From: Kiritimatiellia bacterium
GTDB taxonomy: Bacteria > Verrucomicrobiota > Kiritimatiellia > RFP12 > UBA1067
Reading direction: 5' to 3'
NCBI GenBank assembly: GCA_045598585.1
Contig: JAZLMG010000027.1
Span: 4,380 to 68,379, forward strand
Length of the DNA stretch: 64,000 nt
Shown in pieces: positions 47,961 to 53,066 of this stretch. The notes below the pieces were generated by a model. The model saw nothing but the letters and a program-made list of their open reading frames with translations. It searched no databases and was not told the origin of the DNA. Position 1 is the stretch's first letter; each line of letters begins with the position of its first letter. A program made the position numbers and the translations under genes.

Positions 47961-48893
47961 ATGAATCCTTTAAGAAATAGCAATATTAACTACTGCCAAG
48001 GGTGGTTCTTCGTTACTATCCAAGTGGCGATGAACAAATCGGTTTTTGGTGTTGTTTCCGATAAGAGATTAATTCTTAATGAGTTAGGAAATGCGGTTAA
48101 AGAGAATCTAAGCCGACTTGGAAATATATTCCCGGAATTATATGTTGATACCTTTGTAATTATGCCGAACCATCTTCACGCTATTTTCAAGATAGATAGT
48201 AAAAGCGAGTCGCGGCATCTGTCGTATTTTATAGGACGATTCAAGTCTTTCACAGCGAATTTGTATCATAGAATGGTAAGAGAAGGTGTTTGTATTGATA
48301 TTGGGGCTTCGCTTTGGCAGACTAATTATTACGATAATTTGATAACCGAACATAAGGAGCTGGAAGCCATCAGAGAATATATAAGGAGAAATCCCGAGAG
48401 ATGGGAGGATGACCGTTTTGGCCCGGTTACGACATATTCAAAGGGAAACCTGAAGCTGTTAAATGAGTCTTTGGTGGCATTTGTCGCGTCAGATACTAAA
48501 GATAATTGGCAAGAGGATGTGCCGCATTTAAGAGAGGTGAGAGAGGTTTCAGGACGGAGCCCTATTTCAAAAGAAGCTCCCTTAATATCCACTTTCTCTA
48601 GTTTTGAGGAAAAAGGAGCTTTGTTAAAAAGAATAAATGATAGGTTGCCTTTTATATGGGTAGATCCGGCAGGAATTAAGCCGAATCTTCGTCCTGATAT
48701 TGAATCGGCGATTCTTGAAGGATGGGGATTGGTGATTTCTCCGGTTGAAAGCGGGACGGGACTCAATAAACAACGGGCGATCTGGTGTAATAGATGGATT
48801 ATTAAGGTAGCTAAACGAATTTATGTTGGAACGATAAAGAAGGGTGGTACTCTTGATACATTGTTGACGCACGGAGGCGTCAACCTACGATAA
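47961..48893 (+). CDS. HUH Y1 transposase (IS200-like/REP-associated RAYT, COG1943-type) fused to a DprA-like (SLOG-fold) C-terminal domain
   Basis: 310 aa. The N-terminal ~160 aa carry the HUH motif (MPNHLHAIF), LWQTNYYDNLI and the catalytic-Tyr motif (EYIRRNPERW). The C-terminal ~150 aa resemble DprA at motif level: GNLKLLNESLVAFVAS (compare GNxxLL…vaIVGSR) and GLVISPVESGTGLNKQRAIWCNRWIIKVAKRIYVGTIKKGGTLDT (compare liSE.p.g…F..RNRiI.gls…vvEa..kSGsl.T). Confidence 0.6.
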   Translation: MNPLRNSNINYCQGWFFVTIQVAMNKSVFGVVSDKRLILNELGNAVKENLSRLGNIFPELYVDTFVIMPNHLHAIFKIDSKSESRHLSYFIGRFKSFTANLYHRMVREGVCIDIGASLWQTNYYDNLITEHKELEAIREYIRRNPERWEDDRFGPVTTYSKGNLKLLNESLVAFVASDTKDNWQEDVPHLREVREVSGRSPISKEAPLISTFSSFEEKGALLKRINDRLPFIWVDPAGIKPNLRPDIESAILEGWGLVISPVESGTGLNKQRAIWCNRWIIKVAKRIYVGTIKKGGTLDTLLTHGGVNLR

Positions 48894-48940
48894 CATATCG
48901 TGGTGCTCGGCCTCTGTGCCGAATTATGTAATCTTCCGCG

Positions 48941-48995
48941 CGAGGGTGTGAATAGAGGCGAGGAGTGATCTTCGCCTCTTTCTTCGTCTTTCCCG
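48941..48995 (+). repeat. 55-nt hairpin element, copy A (full length)
   Basis: CGAGGGTGTGAATAGAGGCGAGGAGTGATCTTCGCCTCTTTCTTCGTCTTTCCCG, inserted after TCCGCG. The flanks match the empty site at 52227-52263. Confidence 0.85.
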
Positions 48996-49015
48996 GCACT
49001 TTGGCGGAATGGGGC

Positions 49016-49045
49016 TTGATTTTCCCAAGGGGAATATGATATAAT
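49016..49045 (+). promoter_or_regulatory. cassette promoter 2
   Basis: GGGGCTTGATT, 18-nt spacer, TGATATAAT. Confidence 0.6.
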
Positions 49046-49147
49046 ATAAGCGATCTCCCGAAAGGTGGGATCATCTGGATGCGGAGGAAAGTCTTCGCGT
49101 TGGTGACGGGAAGTAATTCTCGTCGCCTTCTCATTTTAGCGGCAGGC

Positions 49148-49837
49148 ATGGCAGAGAAAATATTGAGTATATTTGTGGATGAATCGGGGCGCTTTCAGTA
49201 TCCCGATTCCGATTCTCGTTTCTACATTTTGGGTCTTGTATTACACGATCAATCTGACGCAATAGATAAATACGTTGCAGATCTTGAGCGGTCTGAAGAT
49301 GAGGTTGGACTTGAAGGGCATTGTTTTCATGCCGGACCTCTTATCCGCAAGGAGAAGGGGTATGAAATCATGAGTCGTAAATGGCGTGGAAGGATATTCT
49401 CTCGCATGATGGCATTTGCTCAGAAGGTTCCTTTTCGCTATCATTGTCTGAGCGTTGATAAGAAACTTATTGATGATGTTGGCCAGATTGTTGAACGCTT
49501 AGATCGACAACTGGTTGAGTTCATTTCATTGCATCGAATCGACTTGTTCAATATCGAGACTATCAAGATATACTACGATTGTGGTCAGTCTCCGGTTACA
49601 AATCTTCTTCATAAGACATTCGTTGAAGAACTCGGGAAACGGGTGGAGTTTGCGCAAGGAGTACAACCGTCAAGCTATCGGCTTTTCCAGTTGGCAGATC
49701 TCGTATGTACAGTTCATCTAATCGAGCGGCGTCTGGAAGAAGGGGATAGGATGACGATGTCAGAGGTTCGGTTCTTTGGCGGTCCTCGCGACTTCAAACG
49801 AAATGTTTTGAAAAAGCTCAAGGCCAAGGAAGTTTAA
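49148..49837 (+). CDS. DUF3800-family protein
   Basis: N-terminal ILSIFVDESG and C-terminal YRLFQLADLVC are DUF3800 hallmarks. An alternative upstream ATG at 49079 is conserved in the truncated copy. Confidence 0.7.
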   Translation: MAEKILSIFVDESGRFQYPDSDSRFYILGLVLHDQSDAIDKYVADLERSEDEVGLEGHCFHAGPLIRKEKGYEIMSRKWRGRIFSRMMAFAQKVPFRYHCLSVDKKLIDDVGQIVERLDRQLVEFISLHRIDLFNIETIKIYYDCGQSPVTNLLHKTFVEELGKRVEFAQGVQPSSYRLFQLADLVCTVHLIERRLEEGDRMTMSEVRFFGGPRDFKRNVLKKLKAKEV

Positions 49838-49889
49838 TCGAAGTAATCCTGTAAATCCTGTAAATCCTGTCTAAAACAGGACAAGCTAA

Positions 49890-49931
49890 AGAGGCGAGGC
49901 GTGAGTCTCGCCTCTTTCTTCGTCTCCCGCG
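49890..49931 (+). repeat. hairpin element, copy B (hairpin + 3' part; different 5' flank)
   Basis: AGAGGCGAG-gcgtgagt-CTCGCCTCT TTCTTCGTCTCCCGCG, preceded by the TCCTGT-ctaaa-ACAGGA hairpin (49865-49881) and AAATCCTGT tandem 9-mers. Confidence 0.8.
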
Positions 49932-49951
49932 GCGCATTGGCGGGAGGGGGC

Positions 49952-49981
49952 TTGACGAGGTTATCATAATTATGATATAAT
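49952..49981 (+). promoter_or_regulatory. cassette promoter 3
   Basis: GGGGCTTGACG, 18-nt spacer, TGATATAAT. The SD AAGGAGA precedes ATG 50006. Confidence 0.6.
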
Positions 49982-50005
49982 TCTTATCGGTTTAAGGAGA
50001 AGATT

Positions 50006-50302
50006 ATGCCGCCTATGATTAAAGACTCGGATATTCGTCCGATTTCCGACTTGCGCAATAAGTTCGCCGAAATTGCGGATTATGTGCAAGATGGTAATGC
50101 CGTTATCTTTACGCGTAATGGCTATGGTTGCATGGTGACGATCAGTTACGATTCGTTCAAGCGTCTAGGAGATCCTGTGCTTGCTGAATTGCGAGAGGCG
50201 GATCGAAAGTGCGAGCAGGACCCTCGTCATTATACGAAAGAAGAGTCTTTAGCCATTTTGAAGGAGCGCGCTAATGCTCGGCGAAACCGCGTACAGGCTT
50301 GA
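50006..50302 (+). CDS. Phd/YefM-family type II antitoxin
   Basis: 98 aa. IRPISDLRNKFAEIADYV…VIFTRNGYGCMVTISYDSFKRL is typical of Phd/YefM. Confidence 0.8.
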   Translation: MPPMIKDSDIRPISDLRNKFAEIADYVQDGNAVIFTRNGYGCMVTISYDSFKRLGDPVLAELREADRKCEQDPRHYTKEESLAILKERANARRNRVQA

Positions 50303-50621
50303 TATTCGTCCGACATTTATCGACGAGCTTGATCGCGCGGTAGAGTATATCGAGCGCAAATTCAAAAATCCTATTGCGGCAGACAATCTTATTAACGATG
50401 TCTACGCGGCGATAGACGAACGACTTTTTGCGCCGGAATCATACGAACCTTGCTATCGTCCACCGGATGTAACCAAGCCGTATTATCGTATTGATGTGCG
50501 AAACTATTCGATATATTACGTGGTGATTGGTTCGGTAATGGAAGTCCGGTGGTTCAGATATTCAAAGAGCGTTCAGCCTCTTTCCGGATATCCGATCTAT
50601 GAGTCCGGAAGTGTCTGGTAA
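50274..50621 (+). CDS. RelE/ParE-family type II toxin
   Basis: 115 aa overlapping the antitoxin, with a ParE-like core (YRLDIRPTFIDELDRAVEYI…YYRIDVRNYSIYYVVIGSVMEVRWFRY). An atypical C-terminal tail runs into the relic at 50605-50667. Confidence 0.72.
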   Translation: MLGETAYRLDIRPTFIDELDRAVEYIERKFKNPIAADNLINDVYAAIDERLFAPESYEPCYRPPDVTKPYYRIDVRNYSIYYVVIGSVMEVRWFRYSKSVQPLSGYPIYESGSVW

Positions 50622-50667
50622 CGCGAAGGTTAAGTACTTCCGCGTCCGCGTCAAGGCGACCAAGTAA
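50605..50667 (+). pseudogene. relic of a giant-protein 3' end (…PEVSGNAKVKYFRVRVKATK*)
   Basis: Aligns with the giant C-terminus TFTGDKKVKYYKVSVKATK* at both protein and DNA level (GTCAAGGCGACCAAGTAA vs GTCAAGGCAACGAAGTAA). It is out of frame with the parE end. Confidence 0.65.
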
Positions 50668-50709
50668 TCTTGGAAATCCTGTCAATCCTGTCTAAAACAG
50701 GCAAGTTAA

Positions 50710-50752
50710 AGAGGCGAGGAGTGATCTTCGCCTCTTTCTTCGTCTTCCCGCG
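50710..50752 (+). repeat. hairpin element, copy C (hairpin + 3' part)
   Basis: AGAGGCGAGGAGTGATCTTCGCCTCT TTCTTCGTCTTCCCGCG, preceded by the CCTGT-ctaaa-ACAGG hairpin (50687-50701). Confidence 0.8.
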
Positions 50753-50772
50753 GCGCATTGGCGGGAGGGGGC

Positions 50773-50802
50773 TTGATTTTCCCAAGGGTAATATGATATA
50801 AT
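50773..50802 (+). promoter_or_regulatory. cassette promoter 4 (near-duplicate of promoter 2)
   Basis: GGGGCTTGATTTTCCCAAGGGTAATATGATATAAT vs GGGGCTTGATTTTCCCAAGGGGAATATGATATAAT at 49011-49045. Confidence 0.6.
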
Positions 50803-50859
50803 ATAGGCGATCTTTCGAATGAAGGATCATCTGGATGCGGGGAAAGTGCTCCGCCTTAA

Positions 50860-51069
50860 GTGACGGGTTCGCCTGTCACTTTCGCATTTAATAGAATGAC
50901 GAGAAGGTCGCTTAGTGTATTTGCAGATTTAATCTGTACAATTCGCTTTATAGAGGAAGAACTTAACGTTGGCGATGGGATGACATCTTCCGAAGATAAG
51001 TTCTTTGGCGGTCCGAAGGCATTCCGTCATAATGTATTGCGTTATGTTAAGTCCAAGGAAATTCGTTAA
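50860..51069 (+). pseudogene. truncated DUF3800 paralog (promoter, leader and last ~50 codons only)
   Basis: LSVFADLICTIRFIEEELNVGDGMTSSEDKFFGGPKAFRHNVLRYVKSKE aligns with YRLFQLADLVCTVHLIERRLEEGDRMTMSEVRFFGGPRDFKRNVLKKLKAKE of the intact copy. The N-terminal DESG part is absent. Confidence 0.75.
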
Positions 51070-51080
51070 GGGCTTTGTTT

Positions 51081-51167
51081 TCAGCTAAGGCGGACTCGAT
51101 CCCGAAGACCTTCGGCGAAGGTAAGAAGGTCAAGTTCTTCAAGGTCAGCGTCAAGGCGACCCGATGA
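51081..51167 (+). pseudogene. relic of a giant-protein 3' end (SAKADSIPKTFGEGKKVKFFKVSVKATR*)
   Basis: Aligns with SAEAKTVSIPMTFTGDKKVKYYKVSVKATK* (47748-47840), with strong DNA identity (TCGATCCCGAaGACCTTC…AAGAAGGT…AAGGTCAGCGTCAAGGC). Confidence 0.75.
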
Positions 51168-51238
51168 TGCGAGCATCCCCGTGGCAGGCGAAGTAATCCG
51201 CGGCAGAAATGCCCAAGATGTAACAAGAACAACAACAG

Positions 51239-51268
51239 ACGGCTTCGCAAGGAGCCGTTTGTTATTTT
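51239..51268 (+). terminator. second copy of the giant-gene terminator
   Basis: ACGGCTtcgcaaggAGCCGTTTGTTATTTT vs ACGGCTtcgaaaggAGCCGTTTGTTATTTT at 47886-47915. Confidence 0.75.
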
Positions 51269-51338
51269 CCATGTTTGTGCTTGGCACATCTGTGGAGAAT
51301 GAAAATCGTATCTTCCGCTATACTTTGGCGTAAGGGGC

Positions 51339-51368
51339 TTGACAAAGGTGTATCCTAAATGATACAAT
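51339..51368 (+). promoter_or_regulatory. cassette promoter 5
   Basis: GGGGCTTGACA, 18-nt spacer, TGATACAAT. ATG 51375 is 6 nt after the -10, so the transcript is probably leaderless. Confidence 0.6.
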
Positions 51369-51374
51369 ATTGAC

Positions 51375-51662
51375 ATGACAATTCGAGAGACAGAGCTATA
51401 TAAGAAGTGGTTTGCAAAGTTGAAAGATACGGTAGCTAAGGCGCGTATCTTGGTGCGACTTCGTAGAATGGCGCTTGGTAATTTCGGTGAGTATAAGGAT
51501 TTGGGTGATAATGTTTCGGAGTTGAAGTTTCATTTCGGTCCTGGATATCGGATTTACTACACAGAGAGAGATGGCGAGATTGTAATATTATTGGCGGGAG
51601 GCGACAAGTCTTCGCAGACTAAAGATATTGCTAAGGCAAAGGAGCTTGCCGCAAACTTGTAA
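51375..51662 (+). CDS. addiction-module killer protein (HigB-like, RelE/ParE superfamily)
   Basis: 95 aa. GNFGEYKDLGDNVSELKFHFGPGYRIYYTERDGEIVILLAGGDKSSQTKDIAKAK is the canonical killer-protein signature. Confidence 0.85.
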   Translation: MTIRETELYKKWFAKLKDTVAKARILVRLRRMALGNFGEYKDLGDNVSELKFHFGPGYRIYYTERDGEIVILLAGGDKSSQTKDIAKAKELAANL

Positions 51663-51672
51663 GGAGGGTGTT

Positions 51673-51957
51673 ATGAAAACTAAGACTACAATTTGGAAGA
51701 TTGAGAATCACCTTAAGACGAAAGAAGAGCGTGAGGCTTATCTTAACGCGGCGTTTGAGGATGGTGATGCGTCTGTTATTGCTGCGGCGCTCGGTGATAT
51801 TGCTCGAGTTGAAGGTATGAGTAAGGTTGCGAAGAAGTCCGGGCTTGGACGGGAAAGCCTTTACAAAGCTTTGTCGGCTGAAGGCAATCCTGCTCTTGGG
51901 ACGATTATTAAAGTTCTTAAAGCGTTTGATTTTAATCTTCGAGCGGCATGCTTTTAA
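51673..51957 (+). CDS. addiction-module antidote protein (HigA-like HTH)
   Basis: ATG 51673 follows AAGGAGGG. YLNAAFEDGD…GMSKVAKKSGLGRESLYKALSAEGNPALGTIIKVLKA. Confidence 0.85.
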   Translation: MKTKTTIWKIENHLKTKEEREAYLNAAFEDGDASVIAAALGDIARVEGMSKVAKKSGLGRESLYKALSAEGNPALGTIIKVLKAFDFNLRAACF

Positions 51958-51977
51958 CATAGCAAAGCTTCTCCGCG

Positions 51978-52033
51978 CGAGGGGGTAAATTGAGGCGAGG
52001 TGTGAGTCTCTCCTCTTTCTTCGTCTTTCCGCG
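51978..52033 (+). repeat. hairpin element, copy D (full length, degenerate stem)
   Basis: CGAGGGGGTAAATTGAGGCGAGGTGTGAGTCTCTCCTCTTTCTTCGTCTTTCCGCG, flanked by TCCGCG on the left. Confidence 0.8.
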
Positions 52034-52073
52034 GCGATTTTGGTTTGTTTATGCAGTTATTGTTTCGGAATAA

Positions 52074-52113
52074 TTCAGTATTGTTTCAGTACGGATTCAG
52101 TAACGATTCAGTA
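52074..52113. repeat. 4 x 11-bp tandem repeat (TTCAGTA core)
   Basis: TTCAGTA at 52074, 52085, 52096 and 52107, with an exact 11-bp period. Confidence 0.75.
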
Positions 52114-52258
52114 CTGTTGCGGTTTGTTTTTAAAAAGAGGGGACAGTCCCCAATTCGTGGACATTCGAAAGGCGATGCAAGCATTCGTGTTCCCATTCGT
52201 GCCTCGCGCCGGTAGGCGCCAACATCTAATCTTCCGCGGCACTTTGGCGGAATGGGGC

Positions 52259-52288
52259 TTGACAGGATGATATCATATATGATACAAT
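52259..52288 (+). promoter_or_regulatory. cassette promoter 6
   Basis: GGGGCTTGACA, 18-nt spacer, TGATACAAT. ATG 52296 is 7 nt after the -10. Confidence 0.6.
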
Positions 52289-52295
52289 ACATGCC

Positions 52296-52634
52296 ATGAA
52301 TTACGTGACTAAGAAGTATGAACGAGAGAATGGGGCAATTCCCTTCGACGAATGGATCTCGTCGCTTTCGCCGGTATTTCGTGCTCGAGTCTATGCTTAT
52401 CTCACGAGAGTTGAGCTTGGCAATTGGGGTAATGTCAAGTCAATCGAGGGCGAGGATTCGAAAGATCTATTTGAGTTGCGTATGTTCTTTGGCCCCGGAT
52501 ATCGCGCTTATTTCGGCAAAGATGGTGACAAATTGATATTGCTACTTTGCGGAGGCGACAAGAAGACGCAAAAGCGTGACATCAAAGAGGCGAAGATGTT
52601 GTGGAATGAATATCGAAAGAGGAAAGGAGAATGA
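52296..52634 (+). CDS. addiction-module killer protein (HigB-like), paralog 2
   Basis: 112 aa. GNWGNVKSIEGEDSKDLFELRMFFGPGYRAYFGKDGDKLILLLCGGDKKTQKRDIKEAK. Confidence 0.85.
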   Translation: MNYVTKKYERENGAIPFDEWISSLSPVFRARVYAYLTRVELGNWGNVKSIEGEDSKDLFELRMFFGPGYRAYFGKDGDKLILLLCGGDKKTQKRDIKEAKMLWNEYRKRKGE

Positions 52635-52635
52635 T

Positions 52636-52953
52636 ATGGCTTTGACGGTTGATTATCGTGAAGGAGTGTTAAAAGACATCCGGGAAAATCCTGAGGTGGC
52701 ACGCGAGTATTATCGCGAAGCGGTTAAGGCAACGATTAACGGAGAGACGGATGTCGCAAATTCGATGTTTCGCGACCTTGTAAATGCAGGTATCGGCTTT
52801 CAGCGACTTGCGGCCGAAACGGGAATCAGTGCGCCGAATCTTCATCGCGCACTATCTCCACGCGGCAATCCTACTATGAAGACATTTAGTAAGATAGCAG
52901 CTGCGGTCAGTTTGTATTTGGGTTTCCCCACCCCGATGGGAATATTCGGTTAA
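52636..52953 (+). CDS. addiction-module antidote protein (HTH), paralog 2
   Basis: ATG 52636 lies 2 nt after the toxin stop. FQRLAAETGISAPNLHRALSPRGNPTMKTFSKIAAA. Confidence 0.8.
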   Translation: MALTVDYREGVLKDIRENPEVAREYYREAVKATINGETDVANSMFRDLVNAGIGFQRLAAETGISAPNLHRALSPRGNPTMKTFSKIAAAVSLYLGFPTPMGIFG

Positions 52954-52980
52954 ACCAAGAACAAACATCCACCATCCGCG

Positions 52981-53035
52981 CGAGGGGGTAAATAGAGGCG
53001 AGGCGTGAGTCTCGCCTCTTTCTTCGTCTCCCGCG
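52981..53035 (+). repeat. 55-nt hairpin element, copy F (full length, best consensus)
   Basis: CGAGGGGGTAAATAGAGGCGAGGCGTGAGTCTCGCCTCTTTCTTCGTCTCCCGCG, flanked by TCCGCG on the left. It has a 9-bp stem and an 8-nt loop. Confidence 0.85.
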
Positions 53036-53037
53036 GT

Positions 53038-53066
53038 TTGACAAAGCTACTCGTTTTTAGTATACT
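53038..53066 (+). promoter_or_regulatory. promoter of the glycoside-hydrolase-like gene
   Basis: TTGACA, 17-nt spacer, TATACT. ATG 53073 is 6 nt after the -10. Confidence 0.55.

Noticed and set aside
52040-52270. A 76-aa Cys-rich ORF (MVCLCSYCFGIIQYCF…) as a possible small secreted peptide.
   Set aside because: - It starts at a non-ATG codon with no SD.
- Its sequence is generated by the 11-bp TTCAGTA and ATTCGTG repeats.
- It runs through the promoter module of the next cassette.
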